Translations under genes and position numbers: made by a program
Shown: positions 22,999 to 37,113 of the stretch, one piece after another
How the letters are laid out: the number at the start of each line of letters is the position of its first letter
Numbering within the stretch: position 1 is the first letter of the stretch
The notes under the pieces: generated by a model
What the model saw: only the letters and a program-made list of their open reading frames with translations
What the model was told of the DNA's origin: nothing
The model's database searches: none
Assembly (NCBI GenBank): GCA_963693365.1
Contig: CAVNZM010000001.1
Span: 20,902,125-20,966,124, forward strand
Direction: 5' to 3'
DNA: 64,000 nucleotides
DNA from: Amoebidium appalachense
Taxonomy: Eukaryota > Protista > Ichthyosporea

Positions 22999-23656
22999 CC
23001 TGCCCCCTCCCCTCCGCGCCAACCCCATCCCACCCCACACCCAATCCCATCCGATCCCACCCCCCCCCCCCATCCCATCCCACCTGCCCCCTCTCCCGCT
23101 TCCTCCCCCCCCCCCCCCCTCCACCCCCCCGGAAAAAAACATACTACCTCCAACCCTGCGTACCATCTTCCCACCCTTTCTCCTTGCTCAACCATGCGTT
23201 GTTCAAACATTCACACCATCCTTCGTATTTCCGTCTTCTCAGTCCACAAAAAGATAGCAATAATTCGATTAGATGGGGTTGGCAGATGCACAGGTTTGTG
23301 TGTGTGCGCGACATGGTGCTATGCATGGGCAGAGGAGATAGAGAAGAAGAGGAGTCGGAGTCGAAGGGATACGACCTAATTCGTGTGTCTGTGTGGGTTT
23401 AGTTCCTTTTTGGGGGGGAGGCGGGGGGAGAGTGGGGGAAAAAAAAGAGCGGGGGGGAGGGGGGCGGGGGGCGGGGAGGGGGAGGGGGGGGGGGAGGGGG
23501 GAGGGAGGTGATGGCCTTCATTTAAGGGAGGCAGTGTGCTTGGGGGCAGACCGATGTGATGACGTCACCACACGGGGCAGAGAAAGAAAAAGGTGGCCGC
23601 ACCAGCCATGGGCCTGAAACAGCGCATCACCCCCACAGCAGTGAATCTGGTGGTGG

Positions 23657-23722
<66 letters not shown>

Positions 23723-23790
23723 CACGGCGTGTGTGTGTGTGTGTGTGGTGTGTGTGTGTGTGTCACTGTGTGTGTGTGTGTGTGTGTCAC

Positions 23791-23832
<42 letters not shown>

Positions 23833-25986
23833 ACTGACGTGTGTGTGTGTGTGCGTGTGTTGTGTGCGCACACTTTTGTGTGACATGTGCGTATGTGTGT
23901 GTGTGCACGCACGTGCATGCGTATCCATGTGTGTGTTTGGGGGGGGGGGTTGTGGCTAGCTATAGGTAGGCATGTCGGTGGGTGTGTGGGTCGGTGGGCC
24001 GGTAGGCTGTGGGGTGATTGCTATGGTGGGTGTTGTTTGCCATTGCGAGCGTGTGTATGGGCTTGTGATGTCTGGGTGAGTGTGGGTGTGTCTGTTTGTG
24101 TGGGTAAACGCGTAGGTGGGTGGATGTGTGAGTGGGTGGGTGGGTGGGTTGATGGCCTTGTGTGTCTCTGTGTCTGTGTTTATTTGTGTGGGTGCCGGGG
24201 TGTGACGGTGGATGCGACGCCTGGGCTGAAGGTGAGGGGGGCGGGGGGGGGGGGGGAGGGAGGGCATTCCTCGTGTATGTCGGTGTATGGTCATGTTATG
24301 ACCGTGTATGTGTAATTCATGTGTGCATGTGTACATGCCTGCACGTATGTGTGGGGAGTATTTGATGAAGTGTGCGGGTGGTATGTCGATGCATGCAGGT
24401 GTTTACGTGTGTCTAGCTGGCCGCATGTGTGCATGCACACCACAATGGTTTTCTTGTAGGGGTAATTGTATCTGGGTGTGGGTAAAGGCCAATCCCTATC
24501 TGTGCCAACACTCAACCCAACCCCCAGGACCTGAAAGGAAAAGACATGCTCCCCTACCAGCATGCCCCACCACCCGGAACAAACGTGCCGGGTCCTGTCC
24601 TATTGGTCAACAACAACCAATCACTTTCAATCTCCTTCGAGTCCCCACCAATCATCGAGCTCACTGGAGACCCAATCACCATTGGCTACACGGTCAAGAT
24701 GGCACCATATTTGGAAAAAGAGCTCAGAGATTCAGCCAATCAGCTGCTGAATGGCAACATCGGCCAGGGCCCAGTCAATCATCTTAAACCGTGGTTTGTG
24801 CAGTGTCCAATCAGATCGCAGCAGGAGTGGGAAGGGTACGGGCCGGCAGCCCTTGGATTGGTCGAGGAGACGAGCCTGAAGGCTACTGTGTTCCTATTGG
24901 TCGATCGGGAGGCGGTGCGAACACCCATTTCCCTCTTACCACCGTCCCCACTCCCGTCTTCCGATCATATAACACGTGCAACACATACTTACCTTTCGCT
25001 TTTCTCTCCGTTTACCATCATATATACCTAGCCTCCTCCCCCCCCCCCCCCCCCCCCCCCCCTCGGAACACTGCTTTTCCATTCAAAAGAACCAATAAAC
25101 ATGTTGTGTTTTTTATTAAACGTGCCCAGTGGCACGCAGTTTTGTAGTGGCCAATGAGATCGGTATTCAGATTCAAGTAATTAAGGTGCCTCAATCAGGA
25201 TTTCCATATTTAATCAGAGACAGTGGCCTAAATCGCAAGAAATGTTGGTTTGCCATGTTCCCCCGTTTGCCCACACACCCAACTTAACACATGCGGAGTA
25301 TATGGACTGCGCACGGTCACACACCCACTGACCATGTGCCCCCACATGTTTCACTTCCTTCACCTCATTCCTCCACCCCAAATCCATCCCATTCACTTCA
25401 GTCCCTGTCCCCCCCCCCCCCCCCCCCCCTCCCTCCCTCCCTCCTCCTCCATCCACCTCCCCTTTCCTCCCCCCCCCCCCCCCTTCCTCCCCGCCTTCCT
25501 TCCTCCAGCTCGAGATCATGCGACCAATAGCAAGAGACCTGCCCCCCCACCGTGTGGTTCTTGTGGCAGTGGAGTCCTTTGACCCTATTCGTGGGCCCCA
25601 TGGCCTTGCATGTGTGCTGGGCTACTGCATGCACTGGGAGGTGGACGTGGACCTGGGGGACACATATCTGTTCGATGAGCTGACGGCTATCGCACACTCG
25701 GTTCCGAGGGTGGGTGTATGTGTTATTCCTCTGTAAGTGTAGTTGTCTGTGACGTGTAGTGTCATTGAAGATATCCGTGCACAGTATGGTGGGGTATTAT
25801 TGCTTGCAGGCGTGGGAAAAGCAGGGATGAGGCGTAGTGAGAGTAGGGCCTTTCTAACACAAACACACGGAACGTTTCCCCCCCCCCCAACACACACACA
25901 GGCATACACACAAATGCCCGCGTGCGTGCGGGCACGCACACGCTCGCATGCAGGCACACCCACCCACCCACCCACCCACACACACA

Positions 25987-26161
<175 letters not shown>

Positions 26162-26200
26162 AGTGTCGCACACGCACACTCACACATGTGAATATGCGCA

Positions 26201-26265
<65 letters not shown>

Positions 26266-26607
26266 CACACACACAGGCACACACCATGCCTGCAGCCCAG
26301 AAGTTCCTTCTGGCCGGCGTGGACCGCCAGCAGCAGCAACTGGTCGATGCCCTGATGGACGATGACGTCACTGAGATTTCATTGATGATGTCACTGGGCC
26401 CAGCCTCTACGACCTGCTGTATCTGACCAACACGGTGTGCGCCACATGAGGGGGTGGGTGCATCCCATCACAGTACCATAATAAAACCATATATTTACAC
26501 CACAACTTACGTCTGTAGTGTCCAATCACATCACGGCCTTACACCTATTGCAGCAAGTCACACCACTTTAATGCACCGATAGCATCAAATCACACCACAG
26601 CAATACA

Positions 26608-26903
26608 TTCATAGGTGTCCAATCACACCAAACCAAACTTGAATACATCTATAGCGTCCAATCACACCACACCAATACATTCATAGCGTCCAATCACACC
26701 ACACCAATACATTCATAGCGTCCAATCACACCACACCGATACATTCATAGCGTCCAATCACACCACACCAATACATTCATAGCGTCCAATCACACCACAC
26801 CGATACATTCATAGCGTCCAATCACACCACACCGATACATTCATAGCGTCCAATCACACCACACCAATACATTCATAGCGTCCAATCACGCCACACCGAT
26901 ACA
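26608..26903. repeat. 32-bp minisatellite, about 9 copies, each with a CCAAT motif
   Basis: Head-to-tail ATAGCGTCCAATCACACCACACC(A/G)ATACATTC with no unique spacers. Confidence 0.9.
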
Positions 26904-27192
26904 CCAATTGCACCCAGGCACACAGCAGCTACCCACCCCCACTCTGGCCCACGCTGCAACCCAAATTAGGACACCTGGACGTGCTGATTGGACGAGCCAG
27001 CGCAAGTACGTTGAGGCCGTGCGCCTGGCCAGCCAATACGAGGCCCCCAGTCACGTGTCTGCCCAAATAAGGAAGGTGGTGGATTGGGGCAGCCGGCCAG
27101 CAGTCATCACCCTCAAGCCCACCGAGGCCCACTACTGAGAGTGCCTGTCGTATGCTGCCCCTCCCCCCCCCTCCCCCCCCCTCCCCTCCCCC

Positions 27193-27240
<48 letters not shown>

Positions 27241-27544
27241 ACCCCCGCGCCTCTCTCTTTTCCCCGCACCCTCGATTCAGCCCGGACTCAATAGCAACAA
27301 CGCGCCCCCAAATCTTTCACCTTGCCCCCTCCCCCTTAACCCCACTCACATCCCCCCTCGGCCAACTTCTACCTGGCTCTGCTCTCATTTCAGCTATCGA
27401 CTCATCCCCCCTCCCCCCTTACCCCTCCTGGCTTCATCCACCCTCCCGGCCAGGCTCACCCTCCCCCCTGCCCCTCCTCCCCCCGTACCCCCCCACACGT
27501 GTGCATTCACAAACACGCGCACACACACACACGCACACACGCAC

Positions 27545-27575
<31 letters not shown>

Positions 27576-27918
27576 ACTGGGACACACGACCAACCAGGCG
27601 TCTACCCTGCTTCCACCACCTCCATCCCCGGGTTTCGAAAAAATCCGTGCCCGTCCCAAGGGGGCATTGCTGTACAACACCAGCCATGCCCACGTGGTGC
27701 TATGCCCCGTACATATACGTGTTGCCATTACCGAGGATGACACGATGGATGACCGTGTGCGGCTGCTAGTGAACACTAGGAGAGCATCTGCGTGCACTTG
27801 GGCTGGCCGGGAGGGTGGCTGTGCAGTTTGTCATGGGGGGTGCAGCTGCAGCGTCCCGGCCGAAAAAGTATCAAACCAACCCCCCCCCCCTCCCCCCCCC
27901 TCCCCCCTCCCCCCCCCC

Positions 27919-27951
<33 letters not shown>

Positions 27952-28860
27952 CTACAGCCCACTACTTACACCCTCCTAACTACCCTCTTTTCCGTTTTTT
28001 CTCTCCCACCCACTTGCCGACACACACACACACAAGTCTTGAGGTTCTTTACCCATCAACAGCACCTGCACGTCACCTACGTGTTGCTGCATGCAAACCC
28101 TCTTCCTCGATAACTTCATCTTCTAACCCAAAGAGCCCAGTACCCTCACTTCTGTCATCCTGATACGGGGGAGTGCATTCGGGCCATGTGCCAATTTGTG
28201 TTGAGGCACATGCACGTGGCCGTGGATGGGGGAAGAAGTGAGGAGAGAAGGTGTGTGGAAGGGAAGAAATGCAGGAGGGAAAGAAAAGGAGGAGGATACT
28301 TAGGAGGTGTATGCGTAATGACTACTTAACTGCTAGGTTTCGACAGGCCCATTTGTGTGTGTGTTTGTGTGGTGGATACAAGTGTGCGCATGTGTGCAAT
28401 CACGGTGAGTGTTGGTACGTTTGTGCATGTATGTGTCGATACACTGCAGATGTGTGGATGCATTTGTGCATATTTGTGTTTAGTATGTGTGTGTGTAAGT
28501 GGATACACGTGTGCACATGTATGCATGTGTGTGTGTGGAGCACCCGGGGATACATGCGTGCATGTGAGTACATATAGTACTTGTACATATGGGCAGATAT
28601 GTGCATGTCTCGATACATATGTGCAAATGTGTGCATGTGGATAAGTATGCATTTTTGCTTTTCCCGTCTGTCTAACAGTGCGCATGGCAGAGCACACCAA
28701 AGCCGGCGACAAAGGAATCCACCAGTGCTACCCAAGACCAAGGTGCTTCCCCTCCCCCCCCCCCTTTTTTTTTTTTGGATCCTACCCCTTCCCCCCCCCT
28801 CGCCCCTCCTTGTACATACTGCCGGTCCAATATTCACCTGCTCTATCAGCCACACAAGAT

Positions 28861-28949
28861 ATTCCCAAATAGCTCTGCAAATTCCCAAATAGCTCTGCAA
28901 ATTCCCCAATAGCTCTGCAAATTCCCAAATAGCTCTGCAAATTCCCAAA
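28861..28949. repeat. 20-bp minisatellite, about 4.5 copies
   Basis: Repeated ATTCCC(A/C)AATAGCTCTGCAA. Confidence 0.9.
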
Positions 28950-29846
28950 CCACTTTGAAAAGGGGCACATGGATAAACATGACGTGGGAGGGGCCCTCCT
29001 GAGGCTTCTCCTTCCTTCTTCTTCTTCATTTTCATTCCCCCCCCTTGCCTTTGTTTTTTCCTTGTCTCTCTCTTTTCTCCCTCCCCCTCTTTTGAAGGGC
29101 ACGGAGAGCTCGGGGGGAAGTGGGGGAATTTGGTGGTGGTGGTGGTGGTGGTTTGGGGGAGGGGGGGGGGGGGGGGGGAGGGGAGGAGGAGGAGGGGGGG
29201 GGGGGGGGGGGGGAGGTGCAGGGAGGGGGTTCGGATCCAGCCCTTAGTATGCGTCTTACTTTCTCCCAACCTCCCCAGGCCCCCTCCACGCCCCCACCCT
29301 GTCCCCAGGGCCAGCCCCAACATTTTAACAACACTCGAGGCCACTCGGCTGCCTGACGGTGGCCATGGAGTACCCCTATGTGCATGACGTCACAATAGTC
29401 CATCCACCCTGTTTGGCGTTCTACGTACTTCCAGACCCACCCATTTGGTGTTATTGCGGACCGTGCACACACCTGAGGGAATACTCCTTACACTTGTCTT
29501 TATTTCTTCCTTCCAAAAACATTGAAATAGTTGGGGTATTGTAGAACAAATGATCAGAAACTTTGGTCTTTATGAAGCAGCGTCGGAGTCCGGCTCTTAT
29601 GGGACCATTTCCTTCCCCCCCCCCCCCCCCCCCCCCCTCTCCCCTCCCCTTTTCGGCTCATATTGTCGGACCTTTTCGAACTTGGACCGTATTCAGACCG
29701 TGACCCGTCTACACGAATATGTTTATGTCCAACGGTGTGGCCCCACAGTCAATACAAGACACAGTCCTGTGCATTACTGTGGCTCAAACTGAAACGGACA
29801 CGCGTTCAATCAGTTCGAAATAAATTTAGTTCTTTTTTTTGCATGA

Positions 29847-29877
<31 letters not shown>

Positions 29878-30174
29878 CTTTTTTTTTTTTAGCCACCACC
29901 GCCACTGGGCTCACCCCATCTGGTTCATACTGGCTCAGAAGATGAACGGTGACTCTTCTGTTCGTTATTTTGTGCTTTTTGTGTGTATGGTGCTACAGCC
30001 ATCCAATCAATTCATTGGTGGATTGAGAACCAGTCTCACGGCCAGCATTCATATCACATGCTCGCTCATTCATTCCTTCGTTCATTCATCCTAAAAACCA
30101 ACAACCTATGTACATACCTTATCCAATTCTAGCAAACGAGCCACATGGGGAAAGAGCCCCCCCCCCCCCCCCAT

Positions 30175-31173
30175 CTAATCAGGCAGGAGGTACGCTGGGG
30201 TTGCTTCTGGCCTCCATACCATTAGCGTCTTATCCGAGGACCCAGTGACCACCACCTCCCCCCACACGCCCCCACATAAGATGGTGCCCTCGTGGCCCTC
30301 CAACCGCATCACCTCCCCACTGTTAAGATCACACACCTCAAGTACATTGTTGTCCGCTAGGAGCTGCGCATACCCGCCAATCACATCAAAGGGCAGCCTA
30401 GATTGGAATTCGGTCGTACTTTCCAATCGCCCAGTTTTCCGATCCCACCTGCACACCTCGCTACTAATACTAAATCCATTGATATCGGAGGTTACACTCA
30501 CAGCCTTTTCGGGCCCCAACCCTACCCGATTAGGTTTACCCGTGTGCCCGCTCATTCGTTCCACCACCGCCCCCGTCTTTACGTCCCACACCACAACCTC
30601 ATTCCCTACGCCTCCACCAAAAAACCGATCATTGAAAATTGAAATTCGGCCGGTGAACATATTCACATCAGCCGCCTCCCACAGGATACACTTTTCCTTC
30701 ATGTTCCACACCTTAATCTTATTCACCTGGTACGTCTGTAAAACCCCCACTACCGCCAAATTTCCACACATGCCCACCGCCGTCACCCTCCCATACTGCC
30801 CCGCACTCATCACCAACTTGCCGCTAGCCAAATCCCACACCCTTAAAGTCCGATCGTCCGATCCGCTGGCCAGCCGCCCATCAGCCGACAAACAGACGCA
30901 GTTAATTGGCTCCTTGTGGCCCAATAGAATCTTCTTGCACGTGCCAGTGGGTATGTCCCAAAGGCGAACAGAGCAGTCCCCCTCCCCCCCGCCACTGGCA
31001 GCCAAAGGGCCGTTGATGTCCACTGCTGTGACTGCGCCTATGTATGTGTGTGTGTGTGTGTGTGTGAGTGTGAGTGTGAGTGTGAGTGTGTATGTGTGTG
31101 CGTGTGAGTGTGCATGTGTGTGTGCGTGTGCGTGCGTGAGTGTGAGTGTGTGTGTACATGCGTGCGTGCGTTA

Positions 31174-31243
<70 letters not shown>

Positions 31244-31505
31244 AAGGTAGGCTGGATCTGTAGAATGCACGTGTGTCTACTGCCTGAAACGGGCATGCCA
31301 ATTGTTGTGTGCGCGCTTGGTGCCTTGGTGCATCAGGCCAGCATGTGCCGTGTGTTGTTTGTTGGTGTCAGCTTGCATAGTCACAAAAGGAGGAGAAATG
31401 TAAGATAAAGGAGGGGGAGGGGGGGGGGGGGGGGGGGTTTGAGGGGTTGGGGGGTTGGGAGGGGGGTGGCGGGTCAGAGTGGAAAGGCCCAGCACACTTT
31501 TTTGT

Positions 31506-31563
<58 letters not shown>

Positions 31564-31892
31564 GGAAAAAAAAAAAAGAAATAAACCTTTCTACCCACAC
31601 AACCACCACCCAACACCCTAACCAAAGGCTTCTTTGCCTGTTCCACAATACACAGCTTTCCACTTCCACATGCTGCAGCCCCTTTACTCCAGCCTGCACG
31701 GTTTCGTGCCTCCCCCCCCCCCCCCCAAAAAACACCCACTCATCCTTCTTCTGTGTGCACATGTACATCCACGGGTGTAGCCAAAACATGTCAGTGTCTA
31801 AATCCCCTGTTTCATGCAAGCCCACTTCCCACTTCTCTTCCAACACTCGTGTCCTTCCGTTGATACACACACTTGCCTACGATGCACACGTA

Positions 31893-31949
<57 letters not shown>

Positions 31950-32192
31950 TTTCTCCCTGCCCCACCCCGCACGGGAGTACTATATCGTCCCACCTCTGAT
32001 TTTGGACAGCCCTGTGTGCTAGTCTCCAACACAACCCCCCCCCCCCCCCCCCCCCCCCCCCTCCCACGGTTCCCCCGTCCTCCCCCCCCCCCCCCCCTTT
32101 CTCCCCTCCCATCACACCAAAAGACACACACATCAAACATATACAGTTACACACGAAAGTGCTTACACACACATATGATCAAGACACACCAG

Positions 32193-32226
<34 letters not shown>

Positions 32227-33394
32227 TCGACCTCTCCTCCCCTCCCCTTCCCCTCCCCCTTCCCCCCCCCCCCCCCCCCAAAAAAAAAAAAAAAAGAAAA
32301 GAAGGAAAAAAAAGAAAAAAAAAGACATCACACAAGGACCAGCGGGCCTCCCCCCTCCCCCCTCTCCCCCCCCCCCCCCCCCCCCCCCAATCCCCTCCCC
32401 CCTCCCCTTCCCCATTCCCCCCGGGGCACCCACCGCTGTGCCCAGCCAACACCACCACGTCGTGTTTTTTGCGCAACCTCTCGACCACCGACGGGTCACC
32501 GTAGGGCCACGGCACAAGAAAGTAGTCGAACTCGTGCCGTATGCGTGCCCACGTGGTCGGGTCACGTGGCGGCGTGGGCAGGCTGCCACGATTACGCAAA
32601 AAGTCGAGAATGTGGCAGAAATACTCGGGGTTGCGGTCGATGATGATGCGACCATCGCTGTCCGTCTGGAGGGGGTGGCGGCCGCTGAACATGACGGCAA
32701 GCATGGACTCTGGGTAGAGGCTGAGGGTGTGCCGGGTGGTGGTGACGTGGCGCCCTCCCACGTTAAGGTGTACGGGCTGGTGGGGGTCGGGGGTGGGGAA
32801 GGAGGCCTTTTCTCGGTCCAGTTTGGCCCTGCAGCCGGAACACAGATAATGTTAATCTGGGCAGGTTGCAACATGTTAATTTGAGCAGGTTACGGCACGT
32901 TCATATAAACATGTGGATAGATCTACTGTCATTGTACCTTCCGTCTCCAGCCTACCTCTGCGGAGTTGTATTAATGGTAAAGACACCACCAAACACGTGC
33001 GCTGGCAAACGCACAGCACCGGAAAGTGAAGGCATGGCACCAACCATGTGAGAAGGAGAGCGGCGAAGTATGCCAGAGCAAACCCGAGGTGAGGACACGG
33101 GGGTGCGGAGGCCAATAGTCGTGGCCCACGTGGGCTGGGAGAGTGGAGTACTCATGCTTCCCATATGGCGTGTGTGCGTGAAATGCATGTGTGTATGGTT
33201 GCTTGTGTGTTTGTGTGCTTGCGATGGTGGTGGTGGTGGTGGTGGTGGTGGTGGTGATGGTGCGTAATTGTGTAGTATGTGTGTGTTGTGTGTGTGTGTG
33301 TATACGCGCGCGCGCGCGTATGTATGTGTGTGTGTGTGTGTGTGTATGTGTGTGTGTGTGTGCGTGTGTTTGTGCGTATGTGTTTCTCTCTTCT

Positions 33395-33442
<48 letters not shown>

Positions 33443-33830
33443 CCCTTCCCCCCCCCCCCCCCCCCCTTCTCTCTCTCCCTCTCTCTCTCTCTCTTCCCTC
33501 TTTCTCTCTCTCTGTGTGTGTGCAGATGCTGAAGAACATGGGCATATCGCGGGGTACGTGGGCTGGGGCTCACAAGAGCTTTTGAAAGCGTGACAAGCAC
33601 GTATACAGTCTCCCTCTCCCCCTCTTCTCTCCACCCAAAACAAAAGCGCATATACATCCGCACCTCTCTGCCGCCAGTTCATCCCTCTGAGATCTGAGCT
33701 CTTCTCTCTGCCTGTCCAGGTCCGCGCACACGCCCACCCACTGCTGCCGGCACCCTTCCAACCTGTCCAGACTCTGCCTCAGTGCCTCCTGCGCAGCACT
33801 GAGCGCCTCGGCAAGCTCGTGCCCAGCCAT
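30175..33830 (-). CDS. Coiled-coil + KCTD-type BTB/POZ + WD40 protein (possible Cullin-3 adaptor); exons 33830-33664, 32828-32434, 31037-30175
   Basis: Exon 1 is heptad-like ([19 protein letters not shown]). Exon 2 has VHLNVGG...TTTRHTL...[13 protein letters not shown]...[16 protein letters not shown]. Exon 3 has GH...WD repeats ([23 protein letters not shown]). The junctions are GT-AG and in frame, and one splits a WD repeat (LAGHSG|AVTAVD). Confidence 0.87.
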
Positions 33831-34136
33831 CCTCGCTGAGAGATAGGCGGCAGCAAAACAGAAACGATGACAAAACGGCGACCCGGGCTAGGACCAGGGT
33901 CTGTGAAGAGGCCCAGGCTGACAGCCTGAGGCTGATCATGAGTCTCGGAGTCAGTGCGTCCAGTGTGTCAGAGTCGAGCAGCTTGCCTAATAAAAGGAAT
34001 TGGCTTCTGAGAATCCAAATGCTTTCAACTTTATTTGAGCTCTGACAGCTGAGATCGGCTGGGATCGGCTGGGATCGGCAAACCAGTTGCCAGTCAATCG
34101 CAAAGAGATCGGTAAAGATGAAAGCCTGCACTCACA

Positions 34137-34224
34137 CTGCAGTATTACCCTAAATCTAAGTGCCGATCGTGAGTGCAAGCCTGCAGTATTACCCTAAATC
34201 TAAGTGCCGATCGTGAGTGCAAGC
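34137..34224. repeat. 44-bp tandem duplication upstream of the BTB-WD40 gene
   Basis: CTGCAGTATTACCCTAAATCTAAGTGCCGATCGTGAGTGCAAGC occurs twice. Confidence 0.85.
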
Positions 34225-34959
34225 TAACAGAAACTGAGTGAGAGCAAAAGGAAGACGCGGGCGGGATTGGTTGGGTATAAGTGGCGCTGAGTAAGGGAAG
34301 ACTGATCAAGGCTTCTCTCGGCTGCAGCTTTTATAGCCTGCAGCCAAGATTCAGCGCCAGACCATGATTGGTGGAATACATAACTATGCTTTCTTGAAAG
34401 ATAATTGGTGTATTTCCACCCAATCAGATTATGATTCGAAGAACCAATCGAAATAGTTTCACTATTGATGATCCGAAGTAGGAATGTGATAAGCCTTGCT
34501 GGCCTGGCCCAGTGGGAGTTTCCTATTGGCGCGCAGTCAGGGGTGCGTGTGACCGTGTCCATTCCTCCGTTACGTAAGTTACGTAACTCTTGTGGGACGT
34601 CGGTGAATACATACACCTTGTGGGACGTCGGTGAATATGCCTGTTTACCCACAAGCACGAACTACACACACTCGCGGGCCTCTACAAAGCGGAGGCTGCC
34701 TTACGTAAGCCTCTACCGTATCACATGCTATTGGGTAATATTCGGAAGATTGATCGCAGCGATCATTCGATTCGAATAACGGCCGACCCATCATCCGACC
34801 CGGAAACTGCAACTGATTCGTTTTACGGCACCCTGTTAAAACTGTACGGCCACGAATCTGGGGCAGGCGCCCCCTCCTGTTTTTGTTCCACCCACCGACA
34901 CACCACCACCCCCACACACGGCGTGGCCAGCGGGGCCGGCTGAGTTTGGGGCTGAACTG

Positions 34960-35285
34960 TGGGTACACTTTACCGCAGATGCGGTATGGCAGTTAGTCTC
35001 CCGCTGCCCGTCCCGCAAAGCGTGTGGGCCGGACGGCATCCCTATGGCACTACTTAAGGTACTTATTCCACCCCGCCCCGAAAAAGACGAACAGCGTGGC
35101 CCGCCGCCACCCCTTGCGTGTATTCTTAGCGAATTGTTTAGCTGGTATTCTGATGTCGGTAAAGTGCCCATCAAGAAAACGGTTGCACGGGGTCCCATTC
35201 ACGAATTTCGCCCTGTCACACTTACGTCCGTCTTTCGCCGATTGTTCGAAAGTGGCCTTCTACAGGCCCTTTCTCGTAATCCCAC
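34960..35285 (+). mobile_element. LINE reverse-transcriptase N-terminal fragment, cut by the Plavaka insertion
   Basis: Translates HFTADAVWQLVSRCPSRKACGPDGIPMALLK...LSELFSW...FRPVTLTSVFRRLFE. This is homologous to the 18-20 kb LINE (FFSPDTVWSVVSSYSSSKSCGPGG...FRPITLTQVVRRFFE). Similarity stops at the TIR. Confidence 0.82.
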
Positions 35286-35300
35286 CATCAGCAATCTTGT

Positions 35301-36090
35301 CGAATCCATCCATAAGCCATCTAAGACGTCAGCATCTAATCAAAGTCATCTACATCCCACCCTTTAACCCTATCTACCCCATATCCCATCGAAAAGATGT
35401 CAGGATATTTTCGGACCATTTAAAGACGACTTTCAAGTTATCATAAAGATGTCTGGAAATTTCCTGACATCTTTATATACATTTTTCCTGACATCGTTTT
35501 CTACACCTAAACCTAACCACTACCCATCCGTAACCCCCCCCAATCCCCACCTTTTCTACCCCTAAAATATAGGTATCGTAAGATCCTGCACATCAAGACC
35601 CTTTTATGTCATCTTTAAGGCCACTTTAAAGAGCTCAAATAAGAAATTAAGGCAACAAACAGACATCTAAACGATATCGTTAAAGGGACATGATGTACAT
35701 TACCTTATTGCAACGAGAGGTGATTTAGAGGTCTTCATGTTGACTTCTCTGCATCTAAAACGGCACATAAGGAGAACTAAATGTTGCCTTTAAAGTATCT
35801 CGGGGCATCGGAATCCTTATTTCACGATGCCTTTATGTCATCAAACGGATCTGTTGCCGACCATACAAAGATACCTTTTGGATCACTCTACATGATCTTT
35901 ATTTCATGCACACCGATTCACGACATACACATGTCACCTTTATGTTTACTTTGTGACAACTTGTGCAGCATAATAAGTCGACAAAACGATCACTACAAGC
36001 AATTTAATATGATCATTATACTGTATTCTAATCGTCCAAAAATCTATATTAAAGCATCATTTTGTGCCCCGGTTGATGCCAAGATGATGT
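35301..36090. repeat. Left subterminal motif-rich region
   Basis: Dense GACATC/GATGTC/CATCT motifs in both orientations, same texture as 55260-56974. Confidence 0.65.
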
Positions 36091-37065
36091 CAGTTCCCCC
36101 CCAGTTTCCCCCCCCCCCCCCCCCCCCCCCCCCTTCCCTTTCCTCCCCGTGGCTGCACAGTGAAGTGTCGTTGACCGTGCTGAACAATCTTTAATTTCTT
36201 ATGACACGTCCCACTGGGACGTGTCTCCACTCTTTACATCTACGGGATGTCCCACTGGGACACCCCGGTGTCTCTTGTTTCTTCGCATATACCCCCCCCT
36301 CGCCCCCCACCAGCTTTCCTCCGCCCCTCCCCCCTCCCCCTTCCCCCCTTACACGGTCTGAACCCGAGTTGTCTTTCTGACGTTTCTCCCACTCTCATCT
36401 TGCTCCCCCCCCCCCCCCCCCCCCCCCCCCTAAACCTCCCCCCCCCCCCCCCCCCCCGTCCCCAACCAATACTTCCCCTTCCCTCCTCTCCTCTCACTTC
36501 TCCTGGGCCATCCCCTCTTCCCCCCTACACACACACCCTCCCCCTTCCCCCCCCCCCTCCCCCCCTTCCCCCCCCCCCCCTGGGCCCCTCCTGCACACAC
36601 TCAGGTTCACAAATGCAAGAAGTTCCTGTGCGCAAACCTGGTCACCTGCTGCGAAGGGTACTGTGTGTCCCATACAGTTCACTTCCATCTTGAGCGCAAC
36701 GGTGAGACACCCCCCCCTCCCCCCCCCCCCTCTCCCCCCCCCCCCCCCCCCCTCCCCCCGCCCCTTCCTTCCCCAGTCCCCCGCTCGCCCCCCACCGCCC
36801 CCTCACCCCACTAGCCTGCGGTTTAAACCAACCGGCCTTTGAACAGGAGTGTGGCCTCATGTTTGTTACTTCTTAGTGTTCTTTTGCTAACCCCCAGGAT
36901 CCTCCCCCCCCCCCCCCCCCCTCGCCCCTCATCAGCCACATACATTCCTTCCCCATGCTCTGCTTGCACCCCCCCCCCCCCCCTAAACCTGCCGTCCCCT
37001 TCCCCCCCCCCCCCCCCCCCCCACCACGCACACACGGACACGCACACGCGTGCACACTTACACAC

Positions 37066-37113
<48 letters not shown>

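Noticed and set aside
26608-26903. 32-bp repeats as a CRISPR array
   Set aside because: Head-to-tail units with no unique spacers, no cas genes, eukaryotic context.
30245-31174. 309-aa plus-strand ORF
   Set aside because: Antisense shadow of the WD40 exon running into a GT repeat.
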